A stretch of 64,000 bases of DNA from Azolla caroliniana (Eukaryota; Plantae; Polypodiophyta). The notes under the pieces are model-generated. The model was given only the letters and a program-made list of their open reading frames with translations, ran no database searches and was not told the DNA's origin. Positions 25,801 to 39,600 of this stretch are shown in pieces. Position 1 is the first letter of the stretch. Every line of letters begins with the position of its first letter. A program made the position numbers and the translations under genes. The stretch covers positions 3,658,001 to 3,722,000 of the forward strand of contig JBHGNT010000005.1 of NCBI GenBank assembly GCA_043228905.1, written 5' to 3'.

Positions 25801-27266
25801 AGGAAGAATATTTACTGGTTGCAATACTTTTCAGGTCCATACTGAAAGCAATTAGTTTGAAGTAAATCCCATATGAAAAGGTTAACACTTTCACCAAGAA
25901 AAAGCGGTTGAGATTGTATCAGCTATATATTGAGTTTGAGAGGCAACAATGTTTTTTGATATTTCAGCGTATGGAACCCTCAGAAAGCCCATTGGATTCT
26001 TGAAGATGCATGTTAAACTTTTTTCTTGATACTATGCTTCTAACAGTATTCATGATTCCGGAACTTTCACTTTCCTTGTGCTACAGCGTATCTCCATATA
26101 GATACCCATGTCTGATTATCATTAGCATATATAATTATAGACATCCATATCAGTCTTATTAAGACTGGATATTTACTTGAAATTCTACAGTTGCCATGGA
26201 TGTGATAATTTGGTTCTGATCATGCAAAATACTACTAGATGAACATCATCTACATTCCTTTTCCACTACAAATTTTTGGCTCACCTAGTACAATAGTGTA
26301 GTTTTGGGCCAGTTTCCATAATAATCAAGAAATCAGAACCCTTTCGTCTGATTCTCATCCACAATCTATTGACTTAGTCCTCTTATTTGCCCAATTTGTA
26401 CAGCTAATAATATCCCATTAACTCCGAGATCAGCCAAAGCACGAGCAACCAGATCACATGCTGTCAGAAAGGTATGGTAATCATGCAATGAACACGGATT
26501 TCCTACCTAGCATATACAGATAAAACACGCAGAATCAAAGACACGATAAATGGTATTCATGCAATATTCAAGGATTTCCAACGCAATATACACTGATAAA
26601 ACGTGCAGACTTAGAGAAGCAAGGATTTAGCTGCTTGTAGACACAATTACATGACTTTTTCCTGCAAAACATAGCTATGCAGAATCATTGAAGTACAAAA
26701 TTGTATGAAACTTGAGCACAAATTACTGACCTGACTATGGGTGTACAAAGATAAAACATGCGAACTAAATACAAAATACAGCCAGAATTACCAGATATTG
26801 CACACAACTTCCATGACTATTTACAGAATATGCAGAATGGAAACGGCAAGTATTCAAAGATTTGGACACAATCTCTGGAATTCTTCTTACAGAAAATACG
26901 AGCATTTAACATATAGAAAAGGAACACCTTGGACACGAGCCTATGAATTTCTCTCAAAAAATATAAAGAAAGAGAAAACCATTCAGAAACAGAAAGAAAG
27001 GATTAGCATCTACACTTCGACACAATTTGACTACTTTTGCCTTCCAGAAAATGCACAGATAGGACATAGAGAATTGGAAAAGCAAAAAGTCAGCTTATGA
27101 TTCTGGAAAACATTCCCTGAGGAATTCAAAGACGATAAGCTTCAAAGGGAGCGTTTCCATTTGGACGGTGGAGAGACTACAAGACTGAGGAGGAGGCGCC
27201 TACCTCTTCGTCAATTGGAATGCTGAAGAATCCTCGAAAGGAATCAAATATGTACTCGTTCTCCAT
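19891..27266 (-). CDS. Telomere repeat-binding protein (TRFL/TRP family: ubiquitin-like domain plus C-terminal telobox Myb with Myb extension)
   Basis: Exons include 27266-27204 (MENEYIFDSF...), about 25522-25318, 25259-about 24794 (family motif RDDDDN), 22575-22484 (KVNITSFIVPELSIDLPETATVANLK), 22393-22161 (KAVMDATVRLLGGGLHIHVLHEG), 20997-20888, 20821-20623 (KRRIRRPFTVIEVEALVNAVETLGTG), 20539-20476 (RWREIKQLAF...RTYTDLK) and 20103-19891 (DKWKTLVRTAQIAPQQRRGESVPQDLLDRVL). Middle exons are approximate. Confidence 0.92.
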
Positions 27267-27473
27267 GGCGAAGGAGGCTTAACAGGAGCATCTGAATTCA
27301 ACCAAATTTGCACGGAAAGGCCGGGAGAGCAGAAGAAGAAGAAGCGGAGAAGAAAACCCCAGCTAAAACCTTGGCTTGGCCGGGGAGACTGGACTCTTCC
27401 GGTCACGGGCCAGTAAGATGACCGGCTCATCCAGTCGCCCTTAAATTTGGAGGCTTTAGGTTTCACGTGTGGG

Positions 27474-27533
<60 letters not shown>

Positions 27534-30299
27534 ATATACATATGTCACTATGTGTTATGGGGTGTGGATTCCTTCTTACTCCCTTCCATAAATTTTGTAG
27601 GACATTCCTAGATTGTGAGCTGCGTTGTAAGTCGCCTTTTTTGCACTGTTTGAGCTGCGTTTTATGTCACCTTTACGTACCTTTATCAATGTAGATCCTC
27701 TGTTGCTCGAACCCAATACACTTTTCTACCCTCCACCCCACCTCACTTCTTGCGCATCGAACGATTCAATTTCAAGTGACGAGTATGTGCCCGTTAATCA
27801 ATAAAAATAACAGTATTGAGGTACTTGCATATCATCGAAACTACCTATCAATTGATTTATGTTCCCCACTCACCCAACTTATGAAATTGATCAATTCCAA
27901 AGAACAATGAAGCTATTTAAAATAAATGCCCGTCGCTTTTTCCTCTTTTTACGACCTCTTTCTTTCTTTGCAATTTGTTCTGTGTCATTATAAATTGGCA
28001 CCTCTTTCTTGCTTTGCACATTGCTTTTCTAGACTAACATTATAAGATGACAACTTGACCTATCTCTAATTGAGCTTATTAATCATAATTATGCTCAATG
28101 TTTTGAGCATCTCACATTTTTTTTGGACAAATATAAGCATTATCCCTCACATATTAATATTATTATCCATTCTAAGTTCTAACCTTGGTTGGCATTATTA
28201 ACAATATCATCATTCGTCTTTGTTAAAGCAAGAGTAATGTCATTAATGTGAAAATGCAAGGAGACTAGGTGAAGCATGTGAGTCGAAGACAAAGGAGAGA
28301 ACATTGTGATTCAATATACAAGAAGGAGTGATGTGTGATCGAGAGAAGAAGGAGACCTCAACTGACAACAACCATCAATGTCTCTAGATAAACCATTTTG
28401 GTAGCAGAAATAAATATATATAAAAAAGGTCTTTTAAAATGTTGAAATGACATGTAAAACTTGAAAAGAGCTTACATCTTGAATGTTGTAGAACTAACAA
28501 TAAGAATTATAACTAGATTAATAAAACAACCATGATGCCTTGGAAGAATGAAAACAATGGCATGATCATTGTTGTAGCACGATAGAAGTTATGAGAAAGT
28601 GACAATAGAGGATCTTTGAGACAATTTGGATTTAGAGCACCTTTTGTCTCATAAAACATTCTAAACAAGGACTCAAATTGCACAAACATTGAGATATCCT
28701 CTTAACCACAACAAAGGGCAACTTGGTGCTCTATGATTGTCCCCACTAGCGTGAAGGTTGAACTAAGACAAATGCATGCAAGGTAGAATATAAGTGTACA
28801 ATGTAATGACTAACTAGCTACTCTCAAGGGTTCTTCTCATCATTTTCTAGTCTTTGAGCCCCCTAATTATTTGTCTTTGTCGTTGTCTCAAATGCCAAGT
28901 GCTTCACACTATTATTTTTTTAAAGACCCCAAACACCACACTTCATATATAAGTGGCTCCTCCTACTTAAGTTGCATGTGCTCATTGACATAAATGTGAA
29001 AGTTAATTGACTCCTTTGTTAACTAGGCGAGCGAGAGAAGCTCATATTGATAGCTTAATGTAATCTTTGGCAATGAGACATTATTGTAGTCTCTTACCAA
29101 GACTAATATGTTCGCTTATAAGTGTTGTGCATCTAGAGTGGACATATTTGGACGGCCATTACCTAGTAAATCATTCGTCACAACATAATGGTTTAACTAC
29201 ATATTCCATATACGGGTTAAGGCCATGTACCTACATATTCCATATAGGGGCCCCAATCATATGTTAATAAAACATTGTGTGCATATATTATTGACTGTTG
29301 TTTTTATGAATTAAATACATAATCCATAAGTATATAGTTATATTAATATATAATTGCAAGAAAGGCGTATGGGATTAATTAACCAATATAAATCATAAAA
29401 GAATGATCTTCCCAAAACAATACAATAGTATCATTGCCATTGAATTTGGACAGAATGGCATACGGTGAAATTACATATTGGGAGGACGACGGTCTTGATA
29501 AAAATAAAAATAAAAATTCTGGATTTGTTTGATCATTTTGCCACTAATCAAATTTTGTTACCGATCAAGGCAATGAAATTAACGAAACTAATGTTTCGTG
29601 GAGGTAGAAGAGCAGACGCAAGAGCCACGCGTGGCAGTTGCCATGATGGGAAGAACCAGAATGACGACGATGAGCATTCTCCTCCTGCTCCTCCTGTTTC
29701 TCGGCTATGGTGTGTAGCATGCCGCCGATGAACATGAAATCAGTGATACCCAGACTCACCAAGGAACTCATGACGCGATCAGTGTATATAACAGAGACAC
29801 AATGAGAGAGGAGCCCGATCGAACGAACTGAATCAATTTGTTTCTTTCGTTTTTAGCAATGGGTTCAAGGCACAAAATGCTGGTGAATCACACGTGTGAC
29901 ATATACGTATGTGCATATGTATATAGATATGTATGTATGTATGTACAGCTTTATACATATGCATTATTTATGTGTTTTTTGGCGTATGTACAAATTTAGC
30001 TTCTCGTATGTACATATTATCCACGCTATCATGATACATGTACATACATATATGATAGCGTGTACATATGTATTGTTTATGTGCTTTGGCGTATGTACAA
30101 ATTTAGCCTCTCATATTATCCACGCTATCGTGAAACTAATTAGACTTTTAATAAACTCAAAAGTGTGACATGAGTATTTTCTTTTGCTGAATTTGGACTC
30201 TCTCTCTTTTTTTTCAAAAACAAATATCCTTCCATTAGTTGTATAAAAAGGGTCATAACAGCCACAACATACAATGTTTGAATTTGGACTTTTTTAACA

Positions 30300-31150
30300 C
30301 GATCCATGTGTCTTTATCCCCTTCTTCTTCTCTTTTTATAGAACTCAATACCTCATGAAACAACCAACTTCATACGACTTCTCTTGTAGGAAAAATGGTT
30401 GTTTTACCCACATTGACACGAGAAAATTATGATTCCAAATAGCTTCTTCGATAAGGTCAATCTCTCTTACTCATTTTACATCAAAGAACGTGCATTATTG
30501 AAAAAGTTGAATGCCCTTCTCATCCATGAAAACATCTCTTTCTATCTCTATCTACAAATGACAACGTGTTTACCATGTTCTCATATAATTGTGAGATACT
30601 AACAATGCTAACTAAACAACCATGTATTACATTAATATAGAGTTCATTATGTTATCTTTTGCGGATGTGGAACATTCCAAACTCATAACCAAAATAAGAA
30701 AACCAATACTCTAAGGGAGACTAATATTAATACATGACCATGGGATTAGTTAGTACGATACGCATGGATGTGAGACTTGGTAGTTTTAAGGCCATGTGTA
30801 TATCCATAACATTTAAATACGTTGTTCTATGGGCGAGACAAAAAAACGATTAGATAAGTCCAAGGCATTACAAACAATGCAAACACATGCTAGTTATGGT
30901 TGAGACAAAGGTATCGTCATATTACCTCTCACATACTTTGTTGATGGAACTATGAGTGTGTAAATTTTATTGTTTTTTCTTCATTTCCATATAATTGTCT
31001 ACGACAAAGAAAATATATCTATGGTTTTAATATATACTTTTTTTTGGAATAAAATGGTGGCTCATGGGATAGATATGTCATATTAGGTTTGGAGACCCAC
31101 TATAATTTGATGTGTTTTGATTCCTGTGTGCGAATGACAACATTGGTGTA
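30300..31150 (+). mobile_element. Possible very old copia integrase-region relic
   Basis: Fragments such as NQNKKTNTLRETN (cf. NQTGKKIKTLRSDNGGE) and a GYRLWDP-like nucleotide stretch near 31080. No intact ORF. Confidence 0.25.
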
Positions 31151-32653
31151 TCATATAAACAAAAAGTATTGCATGGGAAGACAATGCACGATATGAAGCT
31201 AGATGACTTTAGTGTATCTAGCCACAACTATAATGTGTTTAAAAGTATCTAGCCACTTGATTGTGACAAAGTCTTGTTTGAATGTATCCAATTGTGAGAA
31301 AATATTGTTTACATAAGTTGTTAATTGCTACATTGGTAATAGGTTAGGGCTAGAATGTTTAAATGCCGTTGAACTTTGTTGTTGTAGGACACACCCTTTA
31401 TGCAATTTTTTTCTCCCAATAGTTAGGAGAGATTATTACTGACACCCTTTATGCATTTTGTGTGTTCTCATTACATTGTATTCATGAGTTATCCCATTTC
31501 CAAAGTAATAAGGATGAAATATTTGTGTTTATCTCATATATTGTGTTGTCAATCCATTTTGCATTTATCATTTGTAAATATGAGAGTAATTTTGTACTAG
31601 TATTAAAAATTACGTGTTTTAGGTAATATTGTATTAGTTCACCACAAAATTATGAACAACTTTACGTCAATCTAAAGCTAATGTCCTTTGTGATTTTGAA
31701 AATAGAAAAAATGTATTACATGGATATGATGAAGTGATTTATGTTGGAAAGGACCATGGGTGCACGTACTTGCACCTATTTTTTTACTCATGCCCATTCT
31801 CTACTACCGTAATTCAATATATTGCTCACAAAAGTGTGAATGCCTTGTGAGCTTTGTCAAGGATTTGACACCTTATTAAGGAGTTACCATTACTTTAGGG
31901 CAACCATGACATGCACCCAAAAAAACCGATACACTTGTTGTGATCAATTAAGTATATTGTGCATTATTTCAAATTGCATCGAACATTTTAATTAGAAGCT
32001 TCAGAATACATTGTACTGAATGTCTAAGCGAGGTAAAGATGCAATTCTACGTTCTAAGTATGTATGATCACACACTTTTTGTACGACTCATCTCTTATTT
32101 GACATGAACCAATCCATCATTTATATATTAGGTAAAGATGCAAATCTATGTTTTACGTGTATATGTCACTACTTTTGTCCTAACTCGTCTCCTTCCAATT
32201 AGATCAATACATTAGGTTATCGCATATGTCATTTAGAATATATTCTAATGATGGGCTTCACTTAAGAAACCATGGATATGCTTATCTCGTTTTATCCACG
32301 GTGTTAGCCAATAGTCAAATTTACTAAATGCCAAAATCCTTAGGATGCAAAATAAATTCAATATTAATAGTTTATTCGATACTCTCCCTTCTTCACAAAA
32401 AGTTCCAAAATTACCTCACGAGATGAAACAAACCATGAGTCTCCAAGAATTGTAGGAGACGAAACGAAATCACTTTCCTTGACTACATTCACACGACGTT
32501 GTATTAGCGTTAGTGTCCTAAGTTTGTGCATGTGTAGGTGGTGTATGGCGTGCCAAATAATATGTATGTGCAAAAATAGCGTGTTTCCGATGAAACGATT
32601 GAAGGGGGGGGGGGGGGTTAATAATACAATACATTTTTAATCGAATAATAACA

Positions 32654-33079
32654 TTGAGTATGTATGTATATACATACATAGGAAGGAAGGAAGTGATGAT
32701 GATTAGTGGAATGAAGCAGTGCGTCCAAGGAATGGAGCAGCCACGTAGACGGCGAGCTGCCCACGTGGCAGCGGAGGTGGCAGACCTGCAGCAGCGGCTA
32801 GGGCCAGCCATCGTGGGAATCATGATCGCGGGCTTCGGTGCAGTAGTAACCCTCTTCCTGCTCGCCTACCTCCTCGCACATCCTCTCCCATTCGTCTCTA
32901 CATGTCCACGTGTCCAGCTTACAACGAGATGCCGACGTGTCCACGGACCTTGCCACGTGTCAATACTTGACTCACTTCGACATCCAACTCGCTGCTCGCA
33001 ATGGTCTACTAATGGCCCGACCCGACACGCGTACATGCTCGGGCACTCGGACAGCCATGCACACCACACCCCACGATGA
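32654..33079 (+). CDS. Orphan intronless ORF encoding a small single-pass membrane protein
   Basis: GC-rich island in AT-rich DNA with a hydrophobic stretch LGPAIVGIMIAGFGAVVTLFLLAYLLA. aataaataaa immediately follows the stop. The true start may be a downstream ATG (about 32697-32733). Confidence 0.4.
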   Translation: MSMYVYTYIGRKEVMMISGMKQCVQGMEQPRRRRAAHVAAEVADLQQRLGPAIVGIMIAGFGAVVTLFLLAYLLAHPLPFVSTCPRVQLTTRCRRVHGPCHVSILDSLRHPTRCSQWSTNGPTRHAYMLGHSDSHAHHTPR

Positions 33080-35279
33080 ATAAATAAAGTTTCTTCTTGT
33101 AAGCTCATGCCATTGCTAGGGTAGCAATCTAGGTGGAAGTGGACGGGTGTGTGACAATTAGGTGCCCATAATGGACGGGGGGGGGGGGGTGGTGCTTACA
33201 CATCGTTTCCACCTTCATGTCATTTACGAAGTCTCAATACTGACCATGAACTCTTCTTCTTCTTCCCTCGTCTCCAAACATGCCATCGGCACAAACTCCC
33301 TTGCTTCTAACTCTTAGTGCCTTGTCCTTTGGTGTCTCTCAATGACCACATGCTCGACATGATGATGATTAGAGTTATTTATACGAAACAATGTTTAAGT
33401 TTTAAACCTCTTACCTTTGGGTGACATGAGAAATATCCATGTTTGTGTGTACAAGGGGTGATGCATATTCATGCACTCTCGTCTACTATAAACTCGTGCC
33501 CCTTTGTAAATAGTTGTTGTCTTTGTAAAACTATTTGAAAATTGGGCTTCTTGTTTGCATGGTGGCATGTCGAGAGGGTTGAGTACATGTGATAACTAGT
33601 GCTCGACACTTGAGATGTCTCTTTTGACCTTCCATATTTCCCATCGTATGAGAGATTAACTTGGACCTAGATTGAATCTTTTATTTTTTCATGGGCACAT
33701 TGTTGTCTCGTCCTTACTATTGGAGGCTTGCCCATGTATCCATTTTTTCTCCATAGGTGAGGACAATAAAAAATAGATATGCTTATAAATTCTACTCGAA
33801 CTTAATCCAAGCTCTAGAGACACAAAGTATCAATATGCAAGTTAAATTGTATTTGAGTTTACGTGACGGTCGAGGATAGGTACAGGCAAACTATGTTCTA
33901 AGTTAATGTATGAGGCACATTCACAATAACACGTAGTCGGGCAATGTTAAATCAACCCTCAAATCATAATAATTAATAATCAACGGGATTATAGTTTTGT
34001 GTTTACAGTTGAGTTGGGATTGAACTATGGTATCAGTTTTGTGTTTACAGTTGAGTTGATTGAACTATGGTATCAATATAAGATTAAGGTGCATGAAGAA
34101 ACAAAAAAGAAGTTGGCCATAATCGAGGAGAATGAAAGGGAACCAAAAGTTATGAGAATCATGGTAAGTTTCATGACTTGTTGTTGGTACATTCAAAGTA
34201 CACATAACATCCACCACATAATCAAGAACAATTAGCAATCTAATATTATGATAAAATACGAGGAAGTTTCCTAACATGAACTAGCTCAAATTCCATGCAT
34301 CTTTCCTATATATCCCCCATTATTATAATCTACTCATAACATTGTCATGATTTCATAATCATTTTATAACCACAATTTATTCTCGAGGTTCTTTAGCCTT
34401 GTTGGGGTATGACTTTGTGGTGGAGGTAGGGGCCATTCAACCTCTCGTACTCTCTTTTCTAATACTCTTTACTATTTGCCCTATCCTTGATGTAATAGCG
34501 AAAACAACACCCCAATATATGTAGGATGAAGATGCTCGTGGATCTCGTGTTCACCCAAGAAAATAGATACATTTTGGACAATATGGATCCAAAATTCATA
34601 GGATAGAAAAATGAGACCACCTCCATCGTTGCTTCAATATACTCACAGGTGTGATAAGCCTATCACGTTGCTAGATTGTTGGAAGTTGATCATATTGCTA
34701 ATATATATCACAAATAATTGTTATCGTGGATTGTGATATATGGTTTCATGTAGTGTGAGATGGTGAGTGCATAATGAATAATTATCGTGTAAGTACCTAT
34801 GAGAGATAATTCAACAAGCACAATGGGTGAGAGAATAATGTTAACCAAACAATAACAACAAATTAGAGCTCCAAATTGTTCTCTCTTCTTGATGTTTTAC
34901 AAGAAAGGTACATACAATGGTAGATGTATCTCAAGACTCTTTAGGCGTGTCACTAAATGCGTACTCTCGTTGAGGACATGCCGAAAATTCCTACTATGTT
35001 CTTAGTTGCCCATAATCGAGCTTCTAATCAAGATTCTATTCTAAATACTAATTATGTGGTTGAATATCCTAGGTGATTACAACAATATCCACTTGTTGGG
35101 TGAGTAGTAAACAATTAAATTTAAAGAAAGTATATAAACAGAAATCAAATTTAACTAAATGAACAAATCACCTAAAATTAAATAGTGGAGAAATGTACAA
35201 ATTAATGTAATGCTAGGAATTTGTAATTGATGGTGATATTAACTGCTATGATAAAGTTTTCTTTATGTGCTAATCACAT

Positions 35280-36130
35280 TGTAACAAGACTAATCAGGAG
35301 CCCAAAACATATCTACATTGTAACAAGACAAGATACCCGTTGCAACACCCATCCATTTTGGCTGTCTACGTGGTAATTGGTTTCATGAGTGACATCATGT
35401 GCTGTGAATGGATATGGTTTTATCATTATTGTTGGCAAGAACTTTGAATTCATCACACCAATCCTTCTTAGATCCAAAAGTTTTGCTCTCAATGTGCTAT
35501 CTTTTAATATCTTTGTCACGTAGATAAGTATATGGTTGCAACTTGCACATACTTAAAATCTCGCAAACGGTGTCTTATCCCATCATAATGCAAAATATAT
35601 TGAACTTTATGATTATTCCATGTCACAATATTCAAATAAGATCGCACACATTGCATTGAGGTGCAATCAAGGAATGCCCATTGACCTATGTTGCATGATT
35701 AAATCAACAAGAGATAACTCAAACAATGATTACACAATAAACATACGAGTACTTGATGATCATGTAGAGGTTCAACATTTTATTCTATTTTGCATATTGC
35801 TCGTACTGGACAGAAAGCCCATGATCATACCAAAAATTGATGGGCCAATCTCCTTTTAGGATGCTTGTGCGGATCCATATAGAACCAAATGTGATTTAGT
35901 GAGCAATGGCACGATAACCACATACAAATGCCCATGAAGTTTAGCTCAACGCGGTTGTGGAATTACAATATAAGGAATAATATATGGCATTAGTTGTTGG
36001 ATAGTTTGGTACACTTGGGATAAAAGAAGCATGATCGAATGTCCTGATCAAATTGGAAAACAACGAGCAACTCTCTTAATCTCGTGGGACGCATGATTGT
36101 CCCACCTTTCATCCACCCTAAGGTTTGAGA
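35280..36130 (-). mobile_element. Decayed hAT (DUF659-type) transposase relic
   Basis: Ordered fragments GGTIM..., KEIGPSIFGMI...SNMQ, LVDLIMQHR and DKTPFARF mirror the hAT motifs GCTIMxDGW / EEIGPENVVQVVTDNASN / HCxDLMLEDIG / TRFAT. Confidence 0.45.
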
Positions 36131-36410
36131 AGGGCATACCACCTTGGTGATTATATTACATACCGATTCAAGATATGTAGGAATGGAACACCATGTAACG
36201 AAAATGGTTAATGTTGGGTGATCAATTCCTTTATATATTCAAGACGATTTCCTTGGGATTTTTTCCATGTATTGAAAAACAAAACATTGATCCAGAGGCT
36301 TAACATAGATAGAGAGAGGGGTAAATCATGGTTCCGAAATGTGGGTTGGGATGAGTCGAATGAAGATGTTTGTTGATAAGAGGCTACTACCCCTTGAAAT
36401 GAAATAAACT

Positions 36411-36456
<46 letters not shown>

Positions 36457-36658
36457 TTTCTTTGGAACACTTTCAGAGGTAAGGGTTTCTTTAAGAGACA
36501 GGGGGAGGGAGAAAGAGAGATTCTAGGCTTCGGGTCCAAGATTTCCTTCTTGTCGTCTACCCCTCCTACACACACAAACACACACACACACACACACACA
36601 CACTCAAACAACGCTCTACAGAACAGTTTCTCCAGAGTTTTCTAGTCTGCAGAAAGAT

Positions 36659-39600
36659 ATGGACCAGTGGAACTATGGTCGGGCTTCTCAGCAACAGGTA
36701 TGCTTCTCTCTCCCCCCCCCCCTTTCCGTGCGCATGTCGTAAATCAAGAAACACCAAGCCTCATATGATGCCATGTTGTTATTACGAATCTGATTATCAA
36801 ATTCACACACCGTCCGCAATATATTCACCACCCGTATAAAAATCTGTATTTTGACAAGTACGACGAGATCTCATGGATTGTAGGGTTTAGAGATTAGGTT
36901 TTAGTTTTTAAGGTTTAGGGTATGCTCCATGGAATTGCTGGGCCAGAGTGCATGCTTGGAAAGAATTTTTGACTCCTTGTGTGTGCTCATAGAACCATTG
37001 TCATAGTGCGTGTTTAGTGACAGCGCATGGCCTATTACGAACAGTTGGAGTGTATACTTGGAGGGAGCTCTTTGGCCACGGTTTATACTTGGAGGTGGCC
37101 CTTGACTTGTTTTGTGCGTATCTTGTCATAGTGTATGCTTTGTGGCAGCTCGTTAAGTGTGTACTTGGCAAGAGCTGTTGCGTTATATTTTATTCTTTAA
37201 GACAGCTATTTGGCGATGATATATTAGCCAAAGTGTATAACTGGAGAGAACTCTTAGGCCATAGTATATTTCTGGAGAGGGTATGAGTCAATGGCAGTCA
37301 TTGGATTGGATATACTTAGAAATGGCACATAACTGATGAGCTATTGGGGCATTGTGTATGTGGTTGGTTATAATGTATACTTTGTGAGAGCTCTTAGAGT
37401 TGTAGTATATGCGTAGAAAGTACACACAGCTGTTGGAGCTCGTGAGCCATTGTATACACTCGGTGAGAGCTGTTTGGCGATACAGAAGAAGGCACACACA
37501 CTTATGGAAGATCGTGAGTTCTGGTGTATTTTGTGAGAGCACTTTGGCTATAGTTTATATGTGGTGGGTTACATACTTGGCGAGAGCTGTTGGGTCATTA
37601 TGTAAACTCAGAGGGCATGCATCATGGGTGTCATAGGACCATAGTGTGTGCTTCTCGAGAGCTCTTGGGTCATAGTGTATATTCTTGGTGTGGATATTGG
37701 TTGATAGTGTTTGTTCATAGGGGCATCTAACTGTGGAGCCTAGTGCCTATATATACTTAGTGGGAGCGCTTAATATATGGTGTTTACTCGGTACAAAACA
37801 TTGGACAATAATGAATGCTTGTTGACAGGGTTCAAACTTCAGGCCATATTGTATATCTGGTGAGGGAATCCACTGACTCCCAGTGTGAGCTGTTGGGTAA
37901 TACTGTACACTTAGAGCGCTCTTGGGTTATAATATATACCGGACAAGAAAGTTTGTGTCCATATTACCAACTTGGGGACAGCATGCACCCTGAGGAGCTC
38001 TTGGGTGAAACTGTATATGTGGTGAGAGATCTTGGGTCATACCGCACTCTGTACACTCAAGCTCTTGGGTCATAATTTATACATGGCGATAGCTTTTGGG
38101 CCATATTTCTTCTCGGAGAGGCATGTATATTGTACCCATGGGAGATCCTGAGTCATAATGTATACCTGGTGAGAGCTCCTAGGTCATAGCGCAACTCGGT
38201 GAGAGCTTGTGATCCATGGTCTAGTCTTGACCAGAGGTTTTCGGTTATAGTAACTAGAGTGTTTGGGCCGTATAGTGTACTTTTTGGACCCATGCAATAA
38301 TGTGTTTCATGAGAAAGCATATATATATGGGAGCAGGCCTGCACCACTGCGTCATTTTTGATTTTGTGTAGACAGTAAATTTAGTATTTCTTGCTTCCTA
38401 ATTTTCTGCAATGTTCTCAGGGTGGGTATCAATCAGGTTCATTCGGACCTCAGGCAGGGGCTGCATCTTCTGGTGCTTCTCAATATGGTTTTTCCCAGCC
38501 TAACTATGGCCAAGGTTATGGTCAGCAGGTGTGACTATGTAGTCATTCTATATATTTCAGATATTCAGAGCTTTATCTCCTGTATGTGTTTTCTTTGTGT
38601 GACACCTTCAGATAACATTAAGCTGTTATGGTTTTCTTAGATTCTTGGAAAATCTGATGATTATCAAGGATCTTCTGGGATCGGTTCCTCCATGGGAATA
38701 TATAATTTGGATTCTAAGTATTCAAGTTCAGGTTACGGTTCAGCAGCGGCATCTACCACGCCTTTTACTCAGAAGGTAGATAAACTTGGTGGAAGTCAAA
38801 ATAACACATTTTATTAGGATTTTTCTTAAAGTCTCAGTTCACTTATCTCGCTGTTGATGTGCAGAGTGATCCTTTGAAGCGTTATTCTGAATCTCAGGTA
38901 AGGAGGTTATTTTTTGTTAGTTGGTTCAGATTGGAATAGTATCAATATCTACTAATCACTGTTGCAATCTATTTGCCATGCCACTCCCTGCTTGAACAAG
39001 CTGGATCAGGTACTGGAGAAACTAGAGTGCTCTATTCATCAACTTTGTGGCTTAATTTATGATTTCTGTTCTCGTTTGATATACTGTATTGCAGCAAGCT
39101 ATCCGTCAGCAGCAGTTATTGCAATCTGCTTTACGACAAGGAGCTGCACCATCTGGACTTGATAGTGGAGTGAGGTACTAACACCAGACTCTCTTCTTAT
39201 AAACGTTGCAATGGTTGGTAATTCAGCCTACCTCAAAATCTTTCTCAGGTCTCAAGTGGACTATCTCTCAGCTGGAAGAAATTCAGCCTTACCAGCTGCT
39301 GTTGGTGGAGGCTACGGTGGAGGAAGGGAACTCTTGGGCAGTACATATAGGCCAGAGTCAGAGGTTGCGCTTTTGGGAAGCCAGTCAAGTATAGCATCTC
39401 GAGGTGTTTTGCCATTTCCCTCTCAAGCAGCTGATCCATTGGGATCTCTTACAGGGGCGAGGGGCATTTTGGGACCTATGTATCCTCCTGCGTCAGGATA
39501 TTCTTCTATGGAGATTGGATCAGCACGTAGTGGTATCAGTGCCATGTCAGATTTTGCAGGCATAGGCTCTTCACGCTATGATGATCTTCTTGAGGATCGA

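Noticed and set aside
29590-29731. DGKNQNDDDEHSPPAPP as an IRON MAN/FEP peptide motif
   Set aside because: The IMA motif GDDDD...APAA must be C-terminal. Here it is internal and poorly matched.
36925-38295. 31-bp periodic array as a CRISPR array
   Set aside because: Units are contiguous and degenerate with no unique spacers, there are no cas genes, and the context is a eukaryotic intron.
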